Below, in pieces: positions 12,175 through 25,334 of a DNA stretch of 64,000 nucleotides. Under the pieces are notes generated by a model. The model was not told the DNA's origin, did no database searches, and saw only the letters and a list, made by a program, of their open reading frames with translations. A program made the position numbers and the translations under genes. Position 1 is the first letter of the stretch. Each line of letters opens with the position of its first letter. The stretch comes from Malacoraja senta (taxonomy: Eukaryota): contig CM076001.1 in assembly GCA_038087875.1 (NCBI GenBank), positions 64,001-128,000 of the forward strand. The letters are read 5' to 3'.

Positions 12175-15100
12175 AGAAACATAGGTGCAGGAGGAGGCCA
12201 TTCGGCCCTTCGAGCCAGCACCGCCATTCATTGCGATCATGGCTGATCGTCCCCTATCAATAACCCGTGCCTGCTTTCTCCCCATATCCCTTGACTCCAC
12301 TAACCCCTAGAGCTCTATCTAACTCTCTCTTAAATCCATCCAGTGACTTGGTCTCCACTGCCCTCTGTGGCAAGGAATTCCATAAATTCACAACTCTCTG
12401 GGTGAAAAAGTTTTTTCTCACCTCAGTCTTAAATGACCTCCCCTTTATTCTAAGACTGTGGCCCCTGGTTCTGGACTCGCCCAACATTGGGAACATTTTT
12501 CCTGCATCTAGCTTGTCCAGTCATTTTATAATGTTATATGTTTCTATAAGATTCCCCCTCATCCTTCTAAACTCCAGTGAATACAAGCCTAGTCTTTTCA
12601 ATCTTTCCTCATATGACAGCCCCGCCATCCCAGGAATCAATCTCGTGAACCTACGTTGCACTGCCTCAATCACAAGGATGTCCTTCCTCAAATTAGGAGA
12701 CCAAAACTGTACACAATACTCCAGATGTGGTCTCACCAGAGCCCTGTACAACTGCCGAAGAACCTCTTTACTCCTATACTGAAATCCTATTGTTATGAAG
12801 GCCAACATTCCATTAGCTTTCTTCACTGCCTGCTGTACCTGTAAGCCAACTTTCAGTGATCGGTGTACAAGGACGCCCAGATCTCACTGCACCTCCCCCT
12901 TACCTAACCTAACCCCATTGAGATAATAATCTGCCCCCTTGTTTTTGCCACCAAAGTGGATAACCTCACATTTATCTATATTATACTGCATCTGCCACGC
13001 ATGTGCCCACTCACTTAACCTGTCCAGGTCACCCTGCAACCTCCTAACATCCTCTTCACAGCTCACACTGCCACCCAGCTTTGTGTCATCCGCAAACTTG
13101 CTAGTGTTGCTCCTAATTCCCTCTTCCAAATCATCAATATATATGGTAAACAGTTGCGGCCCCAACACCGAGCCTTGCGGCACTCCACTCGCCACTGCCT
13201 GCCATTCTGAAAAGGACCCGTTCACTCCTGCTCTTTGCTTCCGGTCTGCCAACCAATTTTCTATCCATGTCAACACCCTACCCCAATACCATGTGCTCTA
13301 ATTTTAGTCACCAGTCTCCCGTGCGGGACCTTATCAAAGGCTTTCTGAAAGTCTAGATATACATCCACTGGTACCCCTTCATCCATTTTACTTGTCACAT
13401 CCTCAAAACATTCCAGAAGATTAGTCAAGCATGATTTCCCTTTCATAAATCCATGCTGACGGACTAATCCTTTTACTGCTATCCAAATGCCCCATTATTA
13501 CCTCTTTAATAATTGACTCCAGCATCTTTCCCACCACCGAAGTCAGGCTAACTGGTTGGTAATTCCCCGTTTTCTCTCTCGCTCCTTTCTTGAAAAGTGG
13601 GATAACATTAGCTATCCTCCAATCCACAGGAACTGATCCTGAATCTATTGAACATTGGAAAATGATCACCAATGCATCCACTATTTTTAGAGCCACCTCT
13701 CTGAGGACCCTGGGGTGCAGACCATCAGGTCGAGGGGATTTATCATCCTTCAGTCCCATTAGCCTACCCAATACTATTTCTCGCCTAATGAAAATCTCTT
13801 TCAGTTTCTCTACCCCCTTAGATCCTCTGTCCTCCAGTACATCTGGGAGATTGTTTGTGTCTTCCTTAGTGAAGACAGATCCGAAGTACCTATTCAACTC
13901 TTCTGCCATTTCCTTGTTGCCCATAATAATTTCACCCATGTCTGCCTTCAAGGGACCCACATTTGACTTTGCTACTCTTTTTCCCTTGACATATTTAATG
14001 AAGCTTTTACTGTCCATCTTTACATTCATGGCCAGCTTCCCTTCGTACTTCATCTTTTCAGCCCGTATTGCCCGTTTTGTTTCCTTCTGTTGTCCTATGA
14101 AAGTTTCCCAATCCTCTGGCTTCCGGCTACTCTTTGCTGTGTTATACATCTTTTCTTTTAGTTTTATTCTATCCCTAACTTCTCTTGTCAGCCACGGTTG
14201 CCTCCTACTCCCCTTAGAATCTTTCTTCCTATTTGGAATGAAATGATCCTGCATCTTCCGGATTATGCCCAGAAATTCCTGCCATTGCTGTTCCACCATC
14301 ATTCCTGCTAGGATCCCTTTCCAGTCTACCTTGGCCAGCTCCCCTCTCATGCCTTCATAGTCCCCTTAGTTCAACTGCATCACTGACATTTCCGATTTAA
14401 CATTCTCCTTCTCAAATTGCAGATTATAACTAATCATATTATGATCACTACCTCCAAGCGGTTCCTTTACCTCGAGTTCTCTTATCATATCTGGTTCATT
14501 CCAAAACGCTAAATTCAGAATTGCCTTTTCTCTGGTCGGCTCAATTACAAGCTGCTCTAAGAATCCATCTCGGAGGCATTCTACAAACTCTCTTTCTTGG
14601 GGTCCTGAACCAACCTGATTTTCCCAGTCTACCTGCATATTGAAATCCCCCATCACTACAGTGACATTGCCCTTGTTACATGCCAGTTTTAACTCCAGCT
14701 GCAACTTACACCCTACATCCGGGCTACTATTTGGGGGTCTGAAGATAACATCAATTAGTGTCTTCTTGCCTTTACAATTCCTCAACTCAATCCACAGTGA
14801 TTCTACCTCATCGGTCCCTATGTCTTCCCTCGCAAGGGACTGAATTCCATCCCTCACCAGCAGAGCTATCCCCCCTCCTCTGCCCACCTGCCTGTTGTTT
14901 CTATAGGATGTATAACCCTGAATATTAAGTTCCCAGGCCCAATCCTCCTGCAGCCACGTCTCAGTAATCCCCACAATGTCATATCTACCAACCTCTAACT
15001 GAGCCTCAAGCTCATCTACTTTACTTCTTATACTTTTAATTCCTTACGCATCTCACCTTTCACATCAATCCCTATTACACTTGGCCATATGCTCCTGTCC

Positions 15101-15910
15101 CTTTGTGAGCTTCCTTTCCCGTTAATTCTGGGGTCATTAACCATCCCTTTACTCTCTTTCCCTTTAACTCCGTCCTCGACTATCCCATTTGACACCCCAT
15201 CCTTCTTATTCAGTTTAAAACCACCCGTGTAGCAGTGGCAAACCTGCCTGCCAGAATGCTGGTCCCCCACCTGTTAAGATGCAATCCGTCCCTTTTGTAC
15301 AGTTCCCCCTTACTCCAAAACAGATCCCAGTGATCTAAGAAACTAAATCCCTGCCCCCTGCACCAGTTCCTCAGCCACACATTCAGGTCCCGTATCTCCC
15401 TGATCCTGCTCTCGACAGCACGACGAACTGGAAGCAAACCGGAGATAACAACCCTGCTTTTCAGCATTTTTCTGAGCTCTCTAAAGTCACGCTGCAGAAG
15501 ATTCATCCCTTCTTTCTGACATCGTTTGTGCCGACATGCACCACCACTTCCTGCACTGTTCACCTTCGCCCTTGAGGATTTTCTGCCATGACATCCTGGA
15601 TCCTGGCACCAGGAAGGCAGCACACATCCTCGAATCCCGTCTGTTCCCGCAGAAACACCTGTCCGTACCTCTCACAATGGAGTCTCCAAGTACAATGGCG
15701 TTGCCTGACGTCGGCCTCTTTGGTTTTGGCTCAACAGCCCTTTTTGCTTCGCAAGCCAGTCCGCTGCTCAGTGTGATAACGTCTTCTGTCCCGACAGCTT
15801 CTAAGTGGGTGAACCTGTTCACAAGAGGTACAACACCCGGCGACGTTTGCATTCCATGTTTCGCTCCCTTTCACACCGTCACCCACCTTCTCTCTTCCAG
15901 TACCTTAGAA
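12175..15910 (-). mobile_element. CR1 LINE, near full length: ORF1 (SGNH esterase-like) + ORF2 (APE-RT), frameshifted
   Basis: ORF1 IVLGDSIVRG and RDGLHLN (15028-15852); APE GITETW, MGDFN, SDHN (14366-14974); [12 protein letters not shown] and FADDTK (12884-14350); C-terminal ORFs 12257-12826. Confidence 0.95.
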
Positions 15911-16276
15911 AATTAGAAAATACAACTCCATGATAGTGCAAGAGGTGCACTATTCCATCAAGATTGAAAGTCCATCTGCAGACTTGTGTTTGCATGGTAT
16001 CTGCATTCCATTTGAACATTTGAAGCACTATATAAATCTGTGGTTGAAATTGCAGCCAAATTAGTTCATGCTGCCTCTACTCTTTCTGTGGTCCCCTTAA
16101 GTGCTGAGATAAGAACATTATTAATGTGCACACTTTCCACATTCCAGCTCTAAGATTCTGCTTTATGAAAACAAGGCCTGCCTACTGCCAATGAAATGTT
16201 TCATATTTATAAATGAATTGGTTTATTACAGTGGAAGCATTTAAGAGAGACTGCAGGGTGATATAATTATAGGGTA

Positions 16277-17068
16277 ATAATAATAATAATAAGTTTATTT
16301 ATATAGCACATTTTCCAATTGAATTAAAGCAAAAGCCAAAGTGCTTTACAGTTAACTAACCATACAAATAATAAAAAGTGATAGAAAAAATGACAACACA
16401 CTATAAGAGATTTTACACAAACACGAACATCCCCCCACAGTAGAATCTACACTCTCCACTGTGAGGGAAGGCACTAAAATGTCCAGTCCTCCTCCTCCAC
16501 CCGAGGTCGGGGCCAGTCTGAGGCCACTGCAGCCAGCCGCCGCAACGGCAGCCCGATGTTGTCTGCCCACCCGCATCGGGTGGAAAAGTCCTCAGCAGCT
16601 TGAAAATGTCTGAAGCGGCCGCTCCTTCCCCGGAGACTGCGACGCCCGCGGACTTCAGGCCGCGCCGGTTGGAGCTTCGACTCCGCGGTGTTCCTGATCC
16701 AGCGTCGCCCGCCCGCGGCGGGATGCCCTCAAACCACAGACCGCAGACCGCGGCTGCCCGATGTTGGTGGTCGGCGGCCACAGCACTCCGGAGCGGCGAC
16801 CCGGCAAGGCATCGCCCGCTCCCCGTTGGTGTCCCAGCGCTGTGCCGCCGAAGCTGTGGTCCCCGGCAGGAAACGCCGCTCCAGCCCGATGGAAGGCCGC
16901 ATGGGGAGATCGGAGACGCGATTAGGAGGAAAACCGCATCTCCGACCAGGTAGGACTGGGGTTAAAACAGTTCTCCCCCCCCCCCCACATAGAAAGAATA
17001 GACTCCAATAAAAAAAATGTTTCAGACAATAAAAAAGTTAGACGACGGACTGCAGGCAGGCTGCCATA
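16277..17068 (-). mobile_element. GC-rich non-autonomous LINE derivative with L2-like tail (copy 1)
   Basis: Near-identical to 32961-33790; minus-strand 3' end GTAAAGCACTTTGG...GTGCTATATAAATAAAC(TTA)n. Confidence 0.85.
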
Positions 17069-17106
17069 ATAGATCATTCAATTCGTTTATGTCTTCATTA
17101 GAAATA

Positions 17107-17700
17107 CGTTGTTGTTGTTCATCCTTCGTAGTCGAAGAAGTGGGCAGTGGAGGCCAAGTCACTTGATGGATTTAAGATAGAGTTAGATAGAGCTCTCGTG
17201 GCTAGTGGAATCAAGGGAGAAGGCAGGCACAGGTTATTGATTTAGGACGATCAGCCATGATCACAATGAATGGTGGTGCTGGCTCGAAGGGCCAAATGGC
17301 CTCCTCCTGCACCTATTTTCTATGTTTCTATGTTTCTAAGACCATGACTTCAGTGTTATTGTGTGTGGGTCTGGAGGTGACTGGTGAGACTGATCCGGGC
17401 CCGGAAGGCTCGCCCGCATATGCGAAACAGTTGGGTGGGCGCTGCAGTAGAAGTCGAAGTGGCTCGAGCCTTGCGCGTGGCGCGTTTCCTATGAGCTTCT
17501 GCGGTGCGCTTCCTCTCAGCTGTTCACGCTCCTGTAGTGATCTTGCTTCGCCCAGTTGGGCAGTACGGGTCCTGAAGTCATGACTTGCGCTTGACTTGGC
17601 TTAAAATGAGGGAGAGTTGCACAAATCGTCAGCCTCACTCTCTCATCCCGGCCTATCTGGATTCAGTGGCTAGAAATAGTCAAGATGGCTGGTGATACGT
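17107..17700 (-). mobile_element. RTE-derived short element interrupted by a CR1 3' tail (about 17137-17340, + strand)
   Basis: Minus-strand end GTCATGGTC...TTCGACTACGAAGGATGAA(CAA)n is RTE-like; the inserted piece matches the CR1 3' UTR ending (tttctatg)n. Confidence 0.6.
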
Positions 17701-20700
17701 ACCAAAGGGCTATTATATCTTTAAATTGCTTGTTTTGCATTGCACACAAGGAAACAACAATTTAGAATCCACATTTTCCAAAGTTCCAATCTAAACAAAT
17801 GTTGAAATCATTCTGAACAATGGGAAAAGTAATAAACCACGGTTTGGAGAAGGACTTAGAGAGAGTACCAAATATGTACAAAATGATTCCAGGAATGAGG
17901 GAATTTAGTCATGTGGACATACTGGAGACGTTGGGGATGTTCATCTTGAATGGTAAACCAATAGAAGTATCTCCCCAGAGATGGAGATAGAGTGGATCGA
18001 GCAAAATTCTCCTTATAGGTAGCTGGTTTAAGTAGAGGAGAATAGAGAATGAAGGTGAAAATGACATGAGAAAAAAACCACACCTTTGCATGTCAGATTC
18101 TGAAGGTCTGGAACGCACTGCTGATGAACATACCATCTTCGGAGCACAATAATCCATTTGGCTCTTTCAAGCCTGCTCTGTCATTTCATTATCTAATGGC
18201 TGATCTAACTGTAATATCAAAGACAGACACAAAATGCTGGAGTAACTCAGCAGGACAGGTGCATCTCTGGAGAGAAGGAAGTGGTGTTTCGGGTCGCGAC
18301 CCTTCTTCAGGCTGAAAGTCAGGGGAGAAATGTAATATCAGTTCTGCATTTCCATTTATCCAAGGTAAACGTTCACCACCAAGCTTATTAAGAAGCTCTA
18401 TCTTAAAACAAAATATTCAAAGTCTCCACTTTCATTGTCCTTTGACAAAGAGAATTCCAAAGAATCACGACCCTCTGAGAAAATAAATGTATATCATGCC
18501 CAGGTTAAATTCACTTCTAAATAGTGGTCCCTTGTTCTAGATTCCCCCACAAGACAAAATACTCTCTCCACATGGACTTTGTCATAACCTTACATGTTTC
18601 AATCAAGTCAACCCATACTCTTCCAAACACCAATGCACATAATCCTAAACTATTCAATCTTTCCTTATAAAATAATCCACCTGTCCCAAATTATTAGTTC
18701 AGTATACCTCTGAATTGTTTCCAAAGATTAACACCCAGCCTTAAATAATATCAATATTGAACCTGGTAATACAGATATGATCTCATCAATGCTCTATATA
18801 TCTGAATCATAACCTACTGAGAATAGTTTTCACCACCCCTGAATGAAGTTTGTAAGTGCTGGAGTAATTCAAGGGGTCAGGTTCAGGCAGCATCAAGCGA
18901 CTTTCAGTCCTGAAAAGTGCTATATAAATAAAATGTATTATTATTATTATTATCCCCGGAAGACCATGGGTAGGCGATATTTCGGGTGAGGACCCTTCTT
19001 CAGACTATTCTTGGGTAGTGGGGGAGAAAGCGAAGGAAAGAGGTAGGGGCAGGACAGGCAAAGGATGGATGCAGGTGACAGGTGGACAAAGGCCAGAGCT
19101 AAAAAGAAGACAAAAGACTATTAAGGATAGTAGAAGAGTAAATTCTGAAGCAAGTGCAAGGGATTTTGGTGGAAGTGGATGGGGGGGAGGGGGGGGGAGG
19201 GGGGAAGGGGGAGGGGGGCAGGGTAGTGGGAGAAATGGGTGAGCATCTGGGTGGAGCACAGGGTAGAGGATGCACACTTCTTGCTCCCATTATCCACCCC
19301 CTTTCCCCTTCCACCTACTATATCCCTTCATCTAATATATATATTTTTATTCATACAAAATGGATAGTTGGCACTGGGATCCCAGATCCCTCTGGATTTC
19401 AGAGCTCTGCAAACTCTCACCATTTAAATAGCATTTAAAAATATTTCCTGCAAAATGGATAATTGTATATTTCCCACATTAGATTCCATTACCAGATCTT
19501 ATCTCACTCAGTTAAACTATCACCCCCCCCCACCCTATCCCGATGTTCTCTTCACAATAAAGCTCTGCCCAGAATGTGTTTCAAGAATTGCTGCACAATA
19601 TGTAGGATCTCTCTCTGCTGTGAAGCAGTAGCTCTACTGCTGTGCTGTGGTAGAGCTGTTGAAATCTTTTCTTCTCCCTTCAGTTTTATCCACTCATGTT
19701 TTCTTAAGAGGCTCCCTCCAAAGAATACCTATTCATGTGCCTCATCAATGCCTCATGGGTTGGTTTAAACCGCAGGCACTGTATTTTAATGCAAGGGGCC
19801 TGACGGGTAGGTCAATGAGCTTAGGGCATGGATAGGTACGAGCGACTGGGACGTTGTAGCCATGATTATTAGAGGGGCAGGATTGGCAGCTCAATGTCCC
19901 AGGGTACAGAAGCTTCAGGACAGACAGGGGTGATGGAAAAAGAGGAGGGGGTGTTGCATTATTGGTTAAGGAGGATGTCACGGCAGTGGTCAGAGGTGAC
20001 ATTACGGATGGTTCATCTAGTGAGGCTATATGGGTGAATCTGAGGAACAAGAAAGGGATGATCACCTTGTTGGGGGTGTACTACAGACCCCCGAATAGTC
20101 AATGGTAATTAGAAGGTGTTTGTGCAGGAGCCTTTTGGGACCAGTGACCACAGTTCGATTAGGTTTAAGGTAGTTATGGATAGGGACAGAGAGGGCCCAC
20201 GTGTTAAAATGCTCAACTGGGGTAAGGCCAACTTTGAGGGTATGAGAGAAGGTCACGCTCAAGTTGACTGGAGCAGGTTATTCGAGGGGAAAGGAGCATC
20301 AGCCATGTGGGATATTTTTAAAGTGTGCGGACAAAAGCTCAGGATATGTAGGTCTCCGTTAGAGTGAAGGGCAAAGCAGGCTAAGGAAGCTTGGCTGATG
20401 AGGAAAATTGAGGCATTGGTCAAAAACAAGAAGATGGCATGGGGCAGGTATAGGCAGCTGGGCTCAAACGCATCCCTGGAGGAGTTTCAGGATCTAAAGA
20501 GTAAACTGAAAAAGGAAATCAGAAGGGCAAAAAGGGGCCAAGAGATAGCTCTGGTGGGTAGCATTATGGACAAACCCAAAAGATTTTATAAATACATAAG
20601 GGGAAAAAGGGAAACTGGAGAGAGAGTGAGACCTCTCAGGAATCAAAGCGGTTACCTCTATGTGGAGCCACAGGAGATGGGCAAGGTCCTCAGTGAGTAT

Positions 20701-21099
20701 TTCTCTTCTGTATTAACTGAGGAGAAAGACGGTAGGACAGAGAAACTTGGGGCATTCAATGGAAGTGTCTTGAGAACAGTCAGTGTTACTGTTGAAGAAG
20801 TACTGAAGTTACTATTGTGTATGAAGGTAGACAAATCTCCAGGGCCTGATCAGAAATATCTAAGAACAACGTGGGAAACTAGAGAGGAAATTGCAGGAGC
20901 CCTGGTTGAAATTTATGAGTCGTCCTTAAATACAGGAGAGGTGCAGAGGATTGGAGGGTGGCAAATGTTGTACCTCTTTTCAAGAAGGGCTGCAGAGAAA
21001 ATGCTGGGAACTATAGACCGGTGAGCTTAACATCTGTAGTTGGAAAGTTACTAGAGAGTATTCTGAAGGATAGGATATACAGGCATTTGGATGGGCATG

Positions 21100-22778
21100 T
21101 GGATGGGCATGTGGATAAAGAGCTTCCTGTCGGGTCGCAGTCAGAGAGTCAGAGTGGGCCATCACACATCCACGGCCCTCAGCCTCAGTACCGGCTCTCC
21201 ACAGGGCTGCGTGCTGAGCCCCCTGCTTTACACCATCTACACATATGACTGCACCCCCGCCCACCACAGTAACACCATTGTCAAATTCGCGGATGACACC
21301 ACGGTGGTGGGGCTCATCTCTGGGGGGGATGAGTACGCCTACAGGGATGAGGTGGAGCAGCTGACAGGGTGGTGTGGAGAAAATAACCTGCTCCTCAACA
21401 CCTCAAAGACCAAGGAGCTCATAATAGACTACAGAAAGAAGAAAACGGACATTACACCACTAATCATCGATGGGGACTGTGTGGAAAGGGTGGCGGATTT
21501 CCGCTTCCTGGGAATCCACATTGAGGAGGACCTGACTTGGAGCGTGAACACCTCTGCGCTGCTGAAAAATATCCAGCAGAGACTGTACTTCCTGAGGGTG
21601 CTCAGGAAGAACAACATCACCCAGAGACTGCTGCTATCCTTTTATCGATGCTCAATTGAGAGCATCTTAACATACTGTGTATGCGTGTGGTACACCAGCT
21701 GCACAGCGGCTAAGAGGAAAGCGCTCCAGAGGGCTATTGACAATGCCCAGAAGATCATTGGCTGCCCTCTCCTCACCTTGAAGGACCTACACAGTTCCCA
21801 CTGTCTCAAAAAATCCAAGAAGATCATAAAGGACATTTTCCACCCCGGTCACTCCCTGTTTGTACTGCTGCCGTCAGGCAGATGGTACAGATCAATGAGG
21901 ATAAGGACAAACAGACTCAAAAACAGTTTTTATCCCACAGCAATAAATACACTTAATGTAGCCACCAAATGAGTCCAGGTGCGCTACACACCAAAGGGAC
22001 TGGGAAATCGACAGAAGAATGTTTTTTTTTCATGTTATTTATTTTAGTTGTTTATCTTAAAGGCCTGTCTCACGAATCTGCGGTCATTGGCGGCGAAACG
22101 GGAAGAATTTGCCGCCATAGACGGCGCACTCGTGAGAACGTACAATTCCCGGGCTGTGCGGCGGTGTTCCCAACACCGCGCGGTGCTAAAATAAAATCGA
22201 CAATGTCGAAAACACTATACTCACCGCACAACCTCCACCAGTGATGCACAAGTGCGGCACGGCCGCTCGCACGGGCCGCCGCCAGTGTGGGTCGAGCGCC
22301 GTGCGTCAAACCTCCTCTGCCACAGCCTCCGCCATTGAGGCACGTGCCGCCGCCAGTGAGGCACGTGTGCTGCGCGGCCGCAGTCACAGCCACCGCTACA
22401 GCGCCGCGATCAGGATGGCCGCCGCCACAGCCGCCGCTGGTGAGTCACGTGCGGCGGGCCGACGTCATCGCAGTCGACCCGCCCTTTTTTTACTTACCGC
22501 AAGCACGTGGGACCCGCCGTCTTTGAATTAACTCGGCCCCCGCGCAACATCCTTGCGGCGCTCCGGTGGATAGGCTCGACGCTCTCGCCGTTGCCGCGCG
22601 GTCCTCGCTACCGGCGATGCCGCGCTTCACCGCCGATGACTGCAAACAGGTAAGACAGAGCCTTTAGACTTTTGCTCTAAGAAAATGTGTGAATGGTGCA
22701 CTGACTGGTTGGCATTTGTAATTCCGTTGTACATGTTTACATGTTATAATGACAATAAAGTATTCATTCATTCATTCA
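21100..22778 (+). mobile_element. Rex1/Babar-type LINE, 5'-truncated (RT C-terminal ORF 21091-21972 open)
   Basis: GSPQGCVLSPLLY, KFADDTTVVGLI, LLPSGR, RLKNSF motifs; tail AATAAAG(TATT/CATT)n; sits inside CR1. Confidence 0.85.
22061..22663. mobile_element. Harbinger/PIF-like MITE
   Basis: Imperfect TIRs AGGCCTGTCTCAC / GTAAGACAGAGCCT flanked by TAA and TTA; GC-rich body inside the Rex1 3' UTR. Confidence 0.6.
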
Positions 22779-23284
22779 AGGGCTGATTAGGAATAGTCAG
22801 CAGGGTTTTGTACGTGGGAGGTTATGTCTCACAAATTTGATTGAGTTTTTTGAAGACGTGACCAAAAAGGTTGATGAGGGCGGATCTGTAGATGTTGTAA
22901 ACATGGATTTCAATGGGCATTCAACAAGGTTCCACATGGTAGACTGCTCTGGAAGGTTAGATCGCATGGCATGCAAGGACAGGTAGGTGAATGGATAGCA
23001 AATTGGTTTCATGGAAGGAAACAGAGGGTGATGGTGGAAGGTTGCTTCTCGGTCTGGAGGCCTGTGACTAGTGGTGTGCCTCAGGGTTTGATGCTGGGCG
23101 TGTTACTGTTTGTTATCTTCATCAATGATTTGGATGAGAACATACAGGGCAAGATTAGCAAGTTTGCTGATGATACAAAAGTGGATGGTTTTGCAGATAG
23201 TGAAGATGGTTGTGAAAGATTGCAGCAGGATTTTGATCGATTGGCCAGGTGAGCTGAGGAATGGTTGATGGAATTTAATACAAA

Positions 23285-23413
23285 TAAATGGGGTGGAAGA
23301 TTGCAACCTTCACGTGGTCCGCCCTGTTTTGACGAATGCTATCGATCAAATAAGTTCAAATAGAACAAGTTGTCCTACAACTTTAGGCTGTGCACGCCAT
23401 ACGCAAGAAGAAG
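23285..23413 (+). mobile_element. Short retroposed insertion (about 130 bp) with (AAG)n tail
   Basis: Interrupts CR1; ATACAAA duplicated on both sides; ends GCAAGAAGAAG. Confidence 0.6.
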
Positions 23414-24135
23414 ATACAAAGAAATGTGAGGTATTGCAATTTGGGATGTCTAACAAGGGCAGGACCTATACAGTAAATGGTAGGCCTCTGGGGAGCGTTG
23501 TAGAGCAGAGGGATCTAGGAGTGCAGGTGCATGGTTCCTTAAAGGTCGAGTCATAGGTGATCAAAAATTGGCCTTCATTAGTCAGAGTATTGAGTATAGA
23601 CGTTGGGTGTTCATGTTTCAGTGGTATAAGATGTTGGTGAGACTGCATTTAGAATATTGTGTTCAGTTCTAGGCACCGTGTTATAGGAAAGATATTGTCA
23701 AGCTGGAAAAGGTTCAGAGAAGATTTACGAGGAAGTTGCCAGGATTAGAGGGTGTGAGCTATAGGGAGAGGTTAAGTAGGCTGGGTCTCTATTCCTTGGA
23801 GCCCAGGAGGATGAGGGGTGATCTTATAGAGCTGTACAAAATCATGAGAGGAATAGATTGGGTAGATGCACAGAGTCTCTTGCCCAATGTAGGGGAATCG
23901 ATGACCAGAGGACCTAGGTTCAAGGTTAAGGGGAAAATATTTAATAGGAATCTGAGGGGTAACTTTTTCACATAAAGGGTAGTGGGTGCCAGAGGAGGTA
24001 GTTGAGGCTGGGACTATCCCAACATTTAAGAAACTGTTAGACAGGTACACGGATAGTACAGGTTTGGAGGGTTATGGACCAAGCATGGGCAGGTTGGATT
24101 AGTGTAGCTGGGACATGTTGACCGGTGTGGCCAAT

Positions 24136-24737
24136 TGTTACGAGGGAACAGGTTCAAGGATCTGACTAGTAGAACAGAAAAAGGCTCACTTGCAGGTTTA
24201 GTTACAAATCTGTTTTATTGGCACGAGAGAATAAAAACAATGCTTGTCTGGGGATGCGCGGGGTCCGTTTCACAGCACCACAGCTATCTCTCTCTCTCTG
24301 CCTTCGTCCTCAGCGCTGATCGTGACTCAGCCCGTTTGTGAACCATCTCGTACATGAACTAACATGGTTTCCTGATGCCTGCCTTTATACAGATAAGTTC
24401 TGGCCAATAGCGCTGTTCCCAAAATCAAATATAATTGATGGCAGGGGACTGCATCCGAGCAAGGCCCCCCCACACACACACCTTTGGGTACAAAGCGGCA
24501 TTAGCCGCAGAGGGCACATAAAGCAATACACAGCGCAACAGACTTGCTGCGTAAAGGTTTAAACAGAGCGCTGTCGGCATAGCGAGTGGGGATTTAAACG
24601 AAGAACTGTCGGCTGCAGTGCTATGGGTTCTAAATATAGCGCCACCAGCCACAGCGCTATGGGCTTTAAACATACAGTAGCACTATGGCCACAGCGCTAT
24701 GGGTCACAGACTGTGTGGGCACAATTCTCGTAAAACA
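24136..24737 (-). mobile_element. 3' LTR of an endogenous retrovirus-like element
   Basis: Minus strand: PPT GGAGGGGTGGAA (24749-24738), then TGTTTTACGAG...CTCGTAACA inverted termini; AATAAA about 80 nt before the end. Confidence 0.75.
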
Positions 24738-24767
24738 TTCCACCCCTCCAACAGTCTGGTTACCATC

Positions 24768-24890
24768 ACATCTGGCCCACAGACATTACCTCGTTACATC
24801 CGGCCCGCAGACGTTACCTCATCACATCCGGCCCGCAGGCGTTACCTCATCACATCCGGCCCGCAGGCGTTACCTCATCACATCCGCAGG
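24768..24890. repeat. Minisatellite, about 28-bp unit CACATCCGGCCCGCAGGCGTTACCTCAT x4
   Basis: Direct tandem copies visible in sequence. Confidence 0.9.
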
Positions 24891-25270
24891 CTGTAGTAAA
24901 GTCCACGCGGTCGTGATGCCAAAATATGATGACAACGTCATGATATAATGGCCAACAAGATTGTCCCAATGGTCAGTCCCCAGTGCACCACAGTTGTCCA
25001 CCATCATCCCGAGGGGTTGTAGTTGTGGTACTGTTCTCCGACCCTTTGAATCTTCCCTCCGGCTTCCTGATGTGGTCAGCGAGGTTGGTAATGTTCTCTT
25101 TTAACCCACTCAGGGTCAAGCCAGTCACCGAGTCTATATAACCACACATGGTAAGCTTTGATGGGCTAATTAACTATGGAAAGCTTGGAGCCAATTCCAG
25201 TCCACCTAATCTATTACATAAACCCTCATTTTTCAAGCAAGGTTGCTAAATGAATAAATATCCCCTTTGA
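24890..25270 (-). pseudogene. Retroviral env TM C-terminal remnant
   Basis: Minus-strand translation ENITNLADHIR, then after a frameshift YNPSG*WWTTVVHWGLTIGTILLAII (Trp-rich plus hydrophobic anchor), just upstream of PPT/LTR. Confidence 0.55.
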
Positions 25271-25334
25271 TATTTTTCTTTCTTAAATGCGGAATGGTTA
25301 AACAGTTATACGATGTATAACATTATATGATGTA

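Larger units (their letters stand above)
19765..24135 (+). mobile_element. CR1 LINE ORF2 (APE-RT), decayed, with nested insertions
   Basis: ALYFNAR, GGGVALLV, ORFs 20398-21024, 22971-23252 (GVPQG, FADDTK) and 23736-23975; the sequence resumes across inserts at 21100-22778 and 23285-23413. Confidence 0.9.

Noticed and set aside
12267..14843. Plus-strand ORFs of 120-218 aa
   Set aside because: Antisense shadows of CR1 ORF2.
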